Of a stretch of 32,174 nt of DNA, positions 1 through 8,700 are shown piece by piece. The notes beneath the pieces are model-generated. The model saw only the letters and a list, made by a program, of their open reading frames with translations, made no database searches and was not told the origin of the DNA. Made by a program: the position numbers and the translations under genes. This stretch comes from a virus (taxonomy: Duplodnaviria; Caudoviricetes): IMG/VR virus record IMGVR_UViG_3300044820_000015, positions 1 to 32,174 of that record, one strand, 5' to 3'. Within the stretch, counting starts at the first letter, position 1; each line of letters begins with the position of its first letter.

Positions 1-1
1 C

Positions 2-1423
2 GACAAGATCGTGGATCATATCGTCGGGTCCGGGCTGCGCTGGTCGGCTCAACCCGATCTCGCCTCGCTCATGCCGGGCAAGACGCCATCGAAGGAAGAT
101 CGCACCGCCGCCCGCGAGTTCGCCCGGGTGATGGAGGCGGAATGGCGCCGCTTCGCCGACGATCCGCGCCGGCATGTGGATTCGACCCGAAGGCTCGACT
201 TCTCCGGCCTGATGCGGCTTCTCGCGCGCACGCACGTCACGCAGGGCGAGGCCGCCTACGCCATCACGCGCCAGCGCGCGTCGGACGCCCGCTATGTCAC
301 CGCGATCACGCCGATTGACCCGGATCGCATCTGCAACCCCTACGGACAGCGCGACACGCTGACGATGCGGCTTGGCGTCGAGATGGACGATGTGGGGGCG
401 GCAACCGCCTATCATGTTCGCGATGCGCATCTTGGCGATTACTGGGCGCCGGCTGAGCAAATGTCGTGGACGAAAATCCCGCGGGAAACCGACTGGGGCC
501 GCCCGATCTTCGTTCACGGCTACGAGCCGCAGCGCGAGGGCGACACGCGCGGCACGTCGCCGCTGATTACGTTGGTCGGCAAGCTTAGAATGTTGGGGCG
601 TTTCGCCGACAACGAGCTGGCGAGCGCGACCATCAACGCGCTGTTTGCGGCGATGATCGAAAGCGACATGCCGGCCGAAGAGATGGCCGATCGGCTGCGT
701 CCGGCTGCGGCGGTTTCCAATCAAACGACATATGCCGTCGACATGATGGAGACCTACGAGAAAGCCCCGATGTATCTCGGCGGCGTGCGCGTTCCGATGC
801 TGCCGCCCGGTAGCAGCTTCAAGATGAACAGCGCGCCGCGGCAGACGACGGCGTTTCCGTCTTTCGAGACGGCGTTCTTGCAGACCATCGCGAGCAAGCT
901 TGGCCTCGCCTACGAGCAGTTGAAAATGGACTGGTCGAAGACGAACTATTCGAGCGCCAGGGCGGCGCTGAATGAAGTTTGGCGCGGCATGTCGCGCGCG
1001 ATCCGCGTGTTCTCGACGCAGATTGTTCAACCCTTGCATCTCGCATGGGCGGATGAGGCTTTCGACCGGGGCTATCTCGTTGAGCCGGCCGGATGGCCGA
1101 AGTTCTGGGATGCGCCGGGCGCCTATTTGCGCGGGCGCTGGATCGGCCCCGGCCGCGGCTACGTCGACCCGGTCAAGGAAATGCAGGCGTCCGCGCTTCG
1201 CGTCGAGGGGCTTGTCTCCACCTTGCGTGACGAGAACGCCGAGCAAGGCCGCGATCTTGAAGAGACGCTGGATCAGTTGGAAGCGGAAAAGGAAATGCTC
1301 GACGAGCGCGGCTTGGCTGCAAAGAGCCTCGTGTTCGCGGAAGAGACTGTGAAAGGCGCCAAGGTCGATTCTGAGGAAGCGACGGGTGGCGATCCGGCCG
1401 AAAGCACGAAAGCTCCGCAATGA
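2..1423 (+). CDS. Phage portal protein, lambda family (5' truncated)
   Basis: Frame is open to the window edge (GAC AAG ATC GTG...). Lambda gpB-like motifs RGTSPL, LGLAYEQLKMDWSKTNYSSARAAL, WIGPGRGYVDPVKE. Confidence 0.95.
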   Translation, partial: DKIVDHIVGSGLRWSAQPDLASLMPGKTPSKEDRTAAREFARVMEAEWRRFADDPRRHVDSTRRLDFSGLMRLLARTHVTQGEAAYAITRQRASDARYVTAITPIDPDRICNPYGQRDTLTMRLGVEMDDVGAATAYHVRDAHLGDYWAPAEQMSWTKIPRETDWGRPIFVHGYEPQREGDTRGTSPLITLVGKLRMLGRFADNELASATINALFAAMIESDMPAEEMADRLRPAAAVSNQTTYAVDMMETYEKAPMYLGGVRVPMLPPGSSFKMNSAPRQTTAFPSFETAFLQTIASKLGLAYEQLKMDWSKTNYSSARAALNEVWRGMSRAIRVFSTQIVQPLHLAWADEAFDRGYLVEPAGWPKFWDAPGAYLRGRWIGPGRGYVDPVKEMQASALRVEGLVSTLRDENAEQGRDLEETLDQLEAEKEMLDERGLAAKSLVFAEETVKGAKVDSEEATGGDPAESTKAPQ

Positions 1424-2691
1424 AGGATTATTCCCGTCTCGCGGGGCGCGTGTTCAACACGCCGCTTCTCGCAACGCCGGAGTGCGCCGCTTCCGTGGCC
1501 GACTATCTCGCCGCGCGCATTGCCGGCGAGGCTGTGGCGCGCGGCCCGTTCTCACAAAGCGCGAGCGCCGAAGATGACGCGCCGTATTCGGTTGACGCCG
1601 ATGGCATCGCGACGATCTCGGTTCACGGCGAACTCGTCAATCGCGGCTCGCAAATGGACGCCCTGTCCGGGCTCACGTCCTATTCGTCGCTGCGCAGCGC
1701 GCTGACGGCGGCCAAGGCCGACCCGCGCGTGCGAGGGATCGCGCTCGACATTGACAGCCCCGGCGGCGAGGCGGCCGGCGCTATGGAAGCCGCGGCCTTC
1801 GTGCGGTCAATCGACAAGTCCAAGCCGGTCATCGCCTATGTGGACAGCCTCGCGGCGTCCGCGGCCTACGCCATCGCCTCTGGCGCGCGCGAGATCATCG
1901 CCACGCCTTCGGCGACGCTCGGCAGCATCGGCGTCGTGTTCATGCACTTGGACCGCTCGCAGGCGATGAAAGACCGCGGCGTCAAGCCGACACTGCTTCA
2001 TGCAGGCGCCTACAAGGTGGACGGCAACAGCATGGCCCCGCTGCCCGACGACGCGCGGGCGCGCATCCAGTCGCAGATTGACGAGGTTTACAGCCTCTTC
2101 ACGGAAACGGTCGGCAAGCATCGCGCCAAGCTCGGCGCGGAAGGCGCGCGCGCGACCGAGGCCGGCGTGTTTCTCGGGCAGCGAGCCGTTGACGCCGGGC
2201 TTGCCGACCGCATCGGCGACATCGGCGTCTTGAAATCCGCCTTCCCCCGAAAATCGCTTTGGAGCGCAAAGAAAATGACCGACGAACCCGTTCACACCCA
2301 GGCCGCGCTTGACGCCGCCTTGAGTTCCGCCCGCGTCACCGCGGAGGCGCAGCTTGCCGCCGCCGTGGCGCAGGCGCGCACCGCCGAGCGCGAGCGCATC
2401 CGCTCTATCCTCGACGGCGAGCCCGCCAAGGACCGCGCCAGCCTCGCCCGTCACCTGGCGCTTTCCAGCGACATGGCGCCGGAGGCCGCCGCGACCGTTC
2501 TCGCCGCCGCCGCCGCGGAAACCCCGCCCGCTCCCCCGGAGCCCTCGCGCATGAGCCGCGTTCCCGCCGTCGATATCCGCCCCGGCGCGACGCAGCGCAA
2601 CACCGACCCGCAGGCGGAAGCGGATGCGTCTTGGTCCGACATCGTAACCAAGCTGAACGCGCGGCTCCCCGCCGTCGCGCGCCGCGCCTAA
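1420..2691 (+). CDS. S49 family (SppA-like) head maturation protease with C-terminal scaffold region, lambda gpC-like
   Basis: Motifs LDIDSPGG, AASAAYAIAS, GSIGV, AGAYKVDGN, GLADRIG; follows the portal with ATGA overlap. Confidence 0.93.
   Translation: MKDYSRLAGRVFNTPLLATPECAASVADYLAARIAGEAVARGPFSQSASAEDDAPYSVDADGIATISVHGELVNRGSQMDALSGLTSYSSLRSALTAAKADPRVRGIALDIDSPGGEAAGAMEAAAFVRSIDKSKPVIAYVDSLAASAAYAIASGAREIIATPSATLGSIGVVFMHLDRSQAMKDRGVKPTLLHAGAYKVDGNSMAPLPDDARARIQSQIDEVYSLFTETVGKHRAKLGAEGARATEAGVFLGQRAVDAGLADRIGDIGVLKSAFPRKSLWSAKKMTDEPVHTQAALDAALSSARVTAEAQLAAAVAQARTAERERIRSILDGEPAKDRASLARHLALSSDMAPEAAATVLAAAAAETPPAPPEPSRMSRVPAVDIRPGATQRNTDPQAEADASWSDIVTKLNARLPAVARRA
2275..2691 (+). CDS. 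Nested in-frame capsid scaffolding protein (lambda Nu3-like)
   Basis: TGGAG at 2260-2264 precedes an in-frame ATG at 2275, just after the protease domain; Ala-rich helical product with AERERIRSIL. Confidence 0.6.
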   Translation: MTDEPVHTQAALDAALSSARVTAEAQLAAAVAQARTAERERIRSILDGEPAKDRASLARHLALSSDMAPEAAATVLAAAAAETPPAPPEPSRMSRVPAVDIRPGATQRNTDPQAEADASWSDIVTKLNARLPAVARRA

Positions 2692-2706
2692 CCGGAGTCC
2701 CCTATC

Positions 2707-3381
2707 ATGGTCGCCACCGCCTTTAACGAAGCCGCCCATCCGCTTTCCTTTCTCGTCAGCGAAGAGGGGCATGGGTTCATCTCCCGCGATACCGTCACCA
2801 TCGGCACAAACCAGACGATCCTCGCCGGGACGGTGCTCGGTCGCACGGATGTCATCGCCAATACCACGGCGTCGCTCACCACCGACGCGGGCAACACCGG
2901 CAACGGCGTGTTTACGCTCGACGCCTCGACGCCTGTCCTCGCCTCTGCGGTTGACGGCACGTATCGCGTCATCTGCGTTACCGCTGGCACGGGCGGCGTT
3001 TTCGAAGTGTTCAGCCCGGCCGGCGTCGAGATCGGTCGCGTCACCGCGGGCGGTTCCGCCTTCGCCAATCAGATCAAGTTCGCCATCGCCACGGCGGGCG
3101 TCGCCTTCGCGGCCGGCGATGCGTTCAGCGTCATCGTCGGCGTCGAGCTTCAGGGCGACGTGACCTACGCCGCGCTCAACCCGGCCGCGACCGATGGCAC
3201 GCAAAATGCATTCGCCGTCGCCGGCTATCCCGTCACCACCGTGTCCTCGACTGCGCAGATCACCGCCATCACCCGCAACGCGGAAGTGCGATTGGCCGAT
3301 CTGTCCTGGCCGTCCATTACGGCGGCGCAAAAGGCGGAGGCCATCGAGCAGTTGCGCCAGCGCGCGATTGTCTGCCGATGA
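2707..3381 (+). CDS. Head decoration protein (lambda D-like) with inserted beta-rich domain
   Basis: Lies between protease and capsid. N-terminal FLVSE..ISRDTVTI..AGTVLG; C-terminal YAALNPAATDGTQNA..RNAEV..L.WP; GGAG RBS upstream. Confidence 0.85.
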   Translation: MVATAFNEAAHPLSFLVSEEGHGFISRDTVTIGTNQTILAGTVLGRTDVIANTTASLTTDAGNTGNGVFTLDASTPVLASAVDGTYRVICVTAGTGGVFEVFSPAGVEIGRVTAGGSAFANQIKFAIATAGVAFAAGDAFSVIVGVELQGDVTYAALNPAATDGTQNAFAVAGYPVTTVSSTAQITAITRNAEVRLADLSWPSITAAQKAEAIEQLRQRAIVCR

Positions 3382-3656
3382 GCGCAGAACTCGTCAAGGA
3401 GATCACCGCCCTCGCCGGCAAGCTGCGGCCGAAGGCGGCGAGGTCAAACCCCGGCGATCTCCCCGCGCGCGCGGCCTGCTACGCGATCCCAACCATGCCG
3501 GGCGTGGTTGGGTTCTCTCATCTGTGTGTTTGGCCGGGGTCGCTCGACGATTTCCGGCCGGGCGAAATGAGCGACAATCTCAGGATTGCCGCTGCGTATC
3601 TCATCCTCGAAATCGAGCGGCTTGAAAAAGAGCCAATCGAAGCCGCGGCAGCTTAA
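3378..3656 (+). CDS. Hypothetical phage protein inserted in the head module
   Basis: ATGA-coupled to the decoration gene; motifs RAACYA..WP..NLRIAAAYLILEIERL resemble a widespread small phage protein family. Confidence 0.7.
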   Translation: MSAELVKEITALAGKLRPKAARSNPGDLPARAACYAIPTMPGVVGFSHLCVWPGSLDDFRPGEMSDNLRIAAAYLILEIERLEKEPIEAAAA

Positions 3657-3741
3657 GAGCCGATCTCCCCTCAACCTCTGAACAGTCAATGACAGGCGCG
3701 GACCCGAGTGGCGGGCGGCCTCAATATAGGAGCATGCCCTC

Positions 3742-4791
3742 GTGGAAGGAATGAACGTATTTTCGGCCGACGCGTTTAGCGCCGTCAGCCTGACCAAAGC
3801 CGCCGATCTGATGGGCTTCGTGCCTGGCTTGCTCGGCAGCATCCCCGGCTTGTTTGAGAACGTCGGCATCCGCACCACGGATGTTTGGATCGAACGTCGC
3901 GGCTACGGCCCGGCGCTGATTCAGACCACGCCGCGCGGCGCTCCCCCGGCGCAGAAGGGCGGCGACAAGCGCGACGCGCGTTCCTACCGCACCGTGCGCC
4001 TCGCGCTCGCCTCGCGCATTTACGCCGAGGAACTTCAGAACATCCGCGCCTATGGGACGGAACTCGATCTGAAAGACATGCAGATGGAAGTCGCCCGTCG
4101 CATGATGAAGCTGACATCGGATCACGATCTGACGGAAGAAAATCTTCGGCTCGGTTGCGTTCAGGGCGTGGTCAAGGACGCGGACGGTTCTACCATCGTG
4201 GATTGGACCGCCGAGTTTGCGACCGTGCCGAGCGGCGCGCGCGCCATGTCCATGCCGACCGAAGTTGCGTTCAACTTCGCGGCTGGCACGCTTGGCTCCG
4301 TCCGCACCAACTGCAACGCCGTCGTTCGCACGATCCTGCGCAACTTGCAGGGCATGGGCGGAGGCGCGGCGCGCGTGGTCGGCCTCGCCGACGACACGTT
4401 CTTTGACGCGCTCGTCACGCACCCGGAAGTGCGCGCCACCTTCCTGAACTGGTCGGCCGCCGCCGATCTGCGCAGCGCCGTAGGCGAAGTGTTCCATCCC
4501 TTCACCTATGCCGGCATCGAGTTCATCAACTATCGCGGCACCGACGACAATTCGTCTGTGGCGGTTCCGACCGGCAAGTGCAAATTCTTCCCGCGCAACG
4601 CCGGCATCTTCCAGATCGCGCGCGCGCCGGCCGAAAAGTTTGAGTTCGTCAACACGCTCGGTCAGGCGCGCTACTCGTGGACCACCCGCGACGTTCACCG
4701 CGATATGTGGGCCGACATCGAAATGCTGACCTATCCGCTGCCGGTCTGCGTGCTGCCGCAGGCGCTCGTTTCGGGTCGCCTCGGCTCGTAA
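3742..4791 (+). CDS. Major capsid protein (lambda gpE family)
   Basis: 349 aa; AGGAG RBS at 3728-3732 before GTG (alternative ATG at 3751); FSAVSLT, QTTPRGAP, AEELQNIRAYG, FFDALVTHPEV, terminal YPLPVCVLPQAL. Confidence 0.92.
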   Translation: MEGMNVFSADAFSAVSLTKAADLMGFVPGLLGSIPGLFENVGIRTTDVWIERRGYGPALIQTTPRGAPPAQKGGDKRDARSYRTVRLALASRIYAEELQNIRAYGTELDLKDMQMEVARRMMKLTSDHDLTEENLRLGCVQGVVKDADGSTIVDWTAEFATVPSGARAMSMPTEVAFNFAAGTLGSVRTNCNAVVRTILRNLQGMGGGAARVVGLADDTFFDALVTHPEVRATFLNWSAAADLRSAVGEVFHPFTYAGIEFINYRGTDDNSSVAVPTGKCKFFPRNAGIFQIARAPAEKFEFVNTLGQARYSWTTRDVHRDMWADIEMLTYPLPVCVLPQALVSGRLGS

Positions 4792-5204
4792 TGCCCGCGT
4801 TCGACGATTACGCGCTCGACGCATTCGCCGAAACCGACGCGATCTTCTCCGAGGATTTCGTCATTCGGCCGTATGCGAACCCCGCCGACAAGCGCGCGCC
4901 AGCCGCGCCGGATGCGACGCGCGATACCGTCAGCATCCCCGGCGTGTGGTTCGACAAGCCGGCCGATCAGCATGAGCCCAACGCCTACGACACCCGCGAA
5001 TGGCGCCGGCCGGGCGTCTCCGCTGGCGCTCCCTATGTCGAGTTCTCGCCGTCCGCGTTCGGAGCCATCCTCGGCTTCGAGCTTCGTGACGGCGACCGTA
5101 TCGACCGACTGTCGAGCAATACCGCGTATCAGGTGCGCTCGACGTTCTTTACGCCCTCCGGCATCCTGCGCGCGCCGGTGAGCAGGCTCGGGCCGATTAC
5201 ATGA
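4791..5204 (+). CDS. Putative head-tail joining/closure protein
   Basis: ATG at 4791 overlaps the capsid stop (TAATG); synteny; C-terminal beta-rich LRDGDRIDR..YQV pattern. Confidence 0.6.
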   Translation: MPAFDDYALDAFAETDAIFSEDFVIRPYANPADKRAPAAPDATRDTVSIPGVWFDKPADQHEPNAYDTREWRRPGVSAGAPYVEFSPSAFGAILGFELRDGDRIDRLSSNTAYQVRSTFFTPSGILRAPVSRLGPIT

Positions 5205-6022
5205 GCCTATCCCGCCTCGCGCTGCGTCTCGCCGCTGTGGAAGTTCTCTGCCCTTCGGCGATTGCCGCGACCGGACCCTATCCGACATGGGCCGGCAACG
5301 AGGTCTACGACAGCCGCATCTCGACGATTTCCGACGTGGACGGATGGCAAAAGTTCCTCGCCCAAGTCGAGGGCAAGCCTATCGTGATGGTCTACACGGA
5401 AGAGCAAGAAACGACGCCGATGGAAGGCGCGCGTTATCCAGCCGAAATCGAAAATGTTGATCTCGTCATCGAAACCATGATCGCGGCGAGTTCCACGGTT
5501 GAGGTTGACGGGCAGGAAGTCGGCTCGCTTGGCGCTCCGATCACGTCGGCGCAGCACGAAGCGATGCTCGACGTGCTGGAGGCGCAAATCCGGGGCCTGC
5601 TTGATCCCAACATTGCGCAGCCGTTCGACGCAACAGTTTCCGCCGCCCGTTCGGTTTATCTCAAGGTCGCGCGCGAGATGCACCACGTCAAAAGCGCGCC
5701 TATCCGCGATGTCGACAAGACCTCGCGCCACGCCGCCCGAACGCTGACGTTCAAAATGCGTATTCCGTTCTCCCGCCCGTTCCGTCCCAGCCTTGCTGAC
5801 GGGGATGCGACCATCGCGGGCTTGCCTGAGCCTCTGTACAGCGTCGCCGCGTCGCTTGATCCGTCGAGCGCGGCCGGCGTGTTGGTTCGCCAGATGGCGG
5901 CCGGCATTGGCGCCTCGCCGGTTCTCCCGACGCTGAGCGACATACGCATTTCAACGAACGTCGACCGCGGCGTGACGCCGACTGCCGACAACGCCGACGT
6001 CACGTCCGACGTTTCTCTCTGA
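5201..6022 (+). CDS. Putative tail completion/terminator protein
   Basis: ATGA-coupled; starts MSLSRLALRLAAVE..VYDSRI; lies upstream of the sheath. Confidence 0.55.
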   Translation: MSLSRLALRLAAVEVLCPSAIAATGPYPTWAGNEVYDSRISTISDVDGWQKFLAQVEGKPIVMVYTEEQETTPMEGARYPAEIENVDLVIETMIAASSTVEVDGQEVGSLGAPITSAQHEAMLDVLEAQIRGLLDPNIAQPFDATVSAARSVYLKVAREMHHVKSAPIRDVDKTSRHAARTLTFKMRIPFSRPFRPSLADGDATIAGLPEPLYSVAASLDPSSAAGVLVRQMAAGIGASPVLPTLSDIRISTNVDRGVTPTADNADVTSDVSL

Positions 6023-6033
6023 GGACTTCCAAC

Positions 6034-6273
6034 ATGCAGACCTATCACCGTTGGGCGCGGTTGGGCCGCGCTGACGACATTTTGCCGTGGGGCGGACGCC
6101 TATTCGGCAAGGGCAGCGACGCCGAAGGCTACGAGATCGTCGATCCGCGCGACACGCACACCGCGGCGCTCGTGATGGACGGCTCGATTGTGCTTGAGGA
6201 CCCGCCCGCCGCCGCCCTGCCTGAGCCTCCCGCCGCCGTGCCTTCCGCGCCGGCTCCGTCCGACGACCACTAA
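6034..6273 (+). CDS. Small protein preceding the sheath (position of Mu gp38/DUF2635-like)
   Basis: GAGGA RBS at 6021-6025; 79 aa with Pro/Ala-rich tail; synteny only. Confidence 0.55.
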   Translation: MQTYHRWARLGRADDILPWGGRLFGKGSDAEGYEIVDPRDTHTAALVMDGSIVLEDPPAAALPEPPAAVPSAPAPSDDH

Positions 6274-6300
6274 CCCTCGCCCTGATCGGAGCCCGTCAAT

Positions 6301-7842
6301 ATGGCCGCCCCTGCAATTTCGTTCAACTATATCCCCGGCAGCGGCCTTGTCGCGCCCATCTTCACGTTCGAGGTCAACTCGGGCGGGCAGTATACGAGCG
6401 TCGACCGCATCGTGCTGATCGGCCACAAAACATCCTCCGGCACGATGGCGCTCAACACGCCGATTCCTGTCTCGGCTCAAAATCAGGTTGACAGCTACGC
6501 GGGCGGCAATTCGATGCTGCGCGAGATGGCGCGCATTGCGTTCCAGAACGCGCCGGCCTTGCCCTTGTGGGTCATGGCGATTGACGATTCCGCGCTGACC
6601 GCGAACGTCCGCACGATCACCATCGCTGGCACGCCCGCGGTCGGCGTCGGCACTTTCGAGATCATGGGCGAGACGATCCAAATCCCCGTCGCCTCGACCG
6701 ATACCGTCACGACCATCGCCGCCGCCATCGCTGCCGCGATCAACACCTATTACAACCCGCTGACCGGCGCGATGCTGCCGTTCACCGCCACGTCGAGCGC
6801 GGGCGTCGTCACGATCACAGCGGCGAACAAAGGCGTGATCTTCAACGAAATCGACATCTACGTGCCGACCCGGCTTATCGGCAACGTCTTTACGGGCGCG
6901 AGCGTGTTCACCGTCGCGACCACGACGGCCGGCGCCGGCACGCCGACGACGGTTGCGACCGCCCTTGCCGCGCTGGGCGACAATCCGGCCGATTTCGTTG
7001 TCTGCCCTTGGTCGGACGCCACTTCGCTTTCCGCTTATGCGGCTTGGTCCAATGACGTTTCCGGCCGCTGGGCTTGGTCTCGTCAGACCTACGGCCATGT
7101 TTGGTGCGCGGCCGTCAACAATTTCGCCGGCCTGACGACGCTCGGCCTCACGCTGAACGACCGCCACTTGACCGTGCTCGGCTGCTACACGGCGGGTTCC
7201 AACGGCACGCCGCATCCGTCCTATCTGTGGGTGACGGCGTTCGCGTCTCGGTTGTTCCCCTGGCTCACCGACGTTTCGGACGGCAGCATTTCGCGCGCGC
7301 ATTCCGGCTTGTCGATCCAGGGCGTGCGCCCGCCGCGCGACGCCTCGATCTGGCCGAACTACAACGGCCGAAACGTGCTGAACAACAGCGGCATCTCGAC
7401 CTGGCAAGTCGCCGCTGACGGCTCGCTGCAAATGTCGAAGGTCATCACGACGTACAGGACCGGCCTCAGTGGCCAGCCCGACGCCGTGTTCCGCGACATC
7501 CAGTCGGTCTACCAGTGCGCAGAGGGTCTTAAGTACATCCGCGCCCGCCTCGCGGACACGCTGAGCTTCAAGAGCATCGTGAACGTCAACCCCGGCTCGC
7601 TCGGTTCCGCGGTCACGCCCGGCGACATCAAGGCGACGTTCGTCGGCATCTATCAGGAACTCTGCGCCAACCTTGTGTTCCAAGATGCGGACGTTTTCGC
7701 TCAGTTGATCCAGGTGCGAATCAACCCGAACAACCCGAACCGCGTCGATGTGTTCTGCCCGATGGAGCGCGTCAACCCGCTCGACATCTTGGCCGTGAAC
7801 GCCACGATCTATCAGCAATTCCCCGCGCAACTGGCGGCGTAA
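6301..7842 (+). CDS. Tail sheath protein (Mu gpL-like)
   Basis: 513 aa; ISFNYIP, GGNSML, SGRWAW.RQ.YGHV, LNNSGIST, ITTYR, NPNRVDV. Confidence 0.95.
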   Translation: MAAPAISFNYIPGSGLVAPIFTFEVNSGGQYTSVDRIVLIGHKTSSGTMALNTPIPVSAQNQVDSYAGGNSMLREMARIAFQNAPALPLWVMAIDDSALTANVRTITIAGTPAVGVGTFEIMGETIQIPVASTDTVTTIAAAIAAAINTYYNPLTGAMLPFTATSSAGVVTITAANKGVIFNEIDIYVPTRLIGNVFTGASVFTVATTTAGAGTPTTVATALAALGDNPADFVVCPWSDATSLSAYAAWSNDVSGRWAWSRQTYGHVWCAAVNNFAGLTTLGLTLNDRHLTVLGCYTAGSNGTPHPSYLWVTAFASRLFPWLTDVSDGSISRAHSGLSIQGVRPPRDASIWPNYNGRNVLNNSGISTWQVAADGSLQMSKVITTYRTGLSGQPDAVFRDIQSVYQCAEGLKYIRARLADTLSFKSIVNVNPGSLGSAVTPGDIKATFVGIYQELCANLVFQDADVFAQLIQVRINPNNPNRVDVFCPMERVNPLDILAVNATIYQQFPAQLAA

Positions 7843-7867
7843 TCCCCTCAAATCGGAGTTTTGAGAC

Positions 7868-8260
7868 ATGGCCGACTTTGGCGGGCAAATCCGCTTTACC
7901 TACGACGGCAACGCGATCACGATCCGGGGCAAAGTGGAAATTGAGCCGGGCGACTTCACTTATGCCGTCGAGCATAACCAGAACGGCACGTTTGACCGCA
8001 TGACGACGCCGCAGGGTCCGACCGCCGACGTGGATTTCGTCGACACGAAGGATGGCGTATCGGCGCAATCGCTGCCGTGGAATGCGATCATGGCAGGCGG
8101 CCCGTACAATATCGCCATTCTTGAGGACAGCAACGGCGTCATCCATCAGTTCTCGGCGGCGAAGTTCATCGGCCGCACGAAGATTGACCGCCTCAAGGGT
8201 CAGGTGACGGGCGTGACGATCCAGGCGCCGGTTGGCGGCTACAAGCAGTTGACGGCTTAA
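7868..8260 (+). CDS. Tail tube protein
   Basis: 130 aa beta-rich protein directly after the sheath; GGAG RBS. Confidence 0.8.
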   Translation: MADFGGQIRFTYDGNAITIRGKVEIEPGDFTYAVEHNQNGTFDRMTTPQGPTADVDFVDTKDGVSAQSLPWNAIMAGGPYNIAILEDSNGVIHQFSAAKFIGRTKIDRLKGQVTGVTIQAPVGGYKQLTA

Positions 8261-8261
8261 G

Positions 8262-8618
8262 ATGGCAGAGACGCGCACCATAAAGCTCGTCACGCCGATC
8301 TCTTGGCATGGCGCGACGCTGACGCTGCTGACGTTGAAAGAGCCGAGAGGCCGCGACTATATCGACCTCGGCGAGCCCCGCCTTATGGTCCGCATGTCTG
8401 ATGGCAGTTCCTATTTCGTCGAGCAGACGCATATCGTCAAAGCCTATCTCGACCGCTGCATTGACCATGAGGCCGGCGACTTCCTGCTATCGCTTTTGTC
8501 GCTCGCCGATGCGCAAAACCTCAAAGCGGCGCTGCTCGATTTTTTCTCTCCGGCGGCGGGGACGCATGGCGCGTCGCCGTCGCCGACCTCGTCTACCGCC
8601 TCCGCCTCGTCGGATTGA
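8262..8618 (+). CDS. Tail assembly chaperone (short, unshifted form)
   Basis: Between tube and tape measure; IKLVTPI..LTLKEP.G.D..L..LSLAD...LLDFF pattern. Confidence 0.85.
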   Translation: MAETRTIKLVTPISWHGATLTLLTLKEPRGRDYIDLGEPRLMVRMSDGSSYFVEQTHIVKAYLDRCIDHEAGDFLLSLLSLADAQNLKAALLDFFSPAAGTHGASPSPTSSTASASSD

Positions 8619-8698
8619 GCGAAGCCGCGCATCTCGGCCTTTCCGAGATGATCGACTTGCACCGATTCGCCGCCGCGACGCTGCCTGAGAAAGCCTGA
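8540..8698 (+). other. Programmed -1 frameshift site (T TTT TTC, 8540-8546) and the C-terminal extension of the long chaperone form (fusion 8262-8698)
   Basis: Heptamer is in register (GAT TTT TTC). The -1 frame reads LSGGGDAWRVAVADLVYRLRLVGLSEAAHLGLSEMIDLHRFAAATLPEKA and stops at TGA 8696-8698, 2 nt before the tape measure ATG. Confidence 0.8.
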
Positions 8699-8700
8699 CG

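Noticed and set aside
1807-3330. 507-aa - strand ORF, and similar long antisense ORFs at 3721-4824, 6100-7869, 16308-17633 and 25524-26456
   Set aside because: They lie opposite well-supported genes and are Arg/Gly-rich with no motifs: shadow ORFs of high-GC codon usage
3679-3695. Pho-box-like CTGTCAT-TGA-CTGTTCA on the - strand upstream of the capsid gene
   Set aside because: The repeat period is 10 rather than 11, the second half is poor, and it is far from the lipid genes. I saw no Pho box near 25392 or 26723.
8401-8688. 95-aa ORF as a possible Mu-type -2 frameshift extension
   Set aside because: Arg-rich nonsense sequence; the -1 frame gives a much better chaperone-like extension
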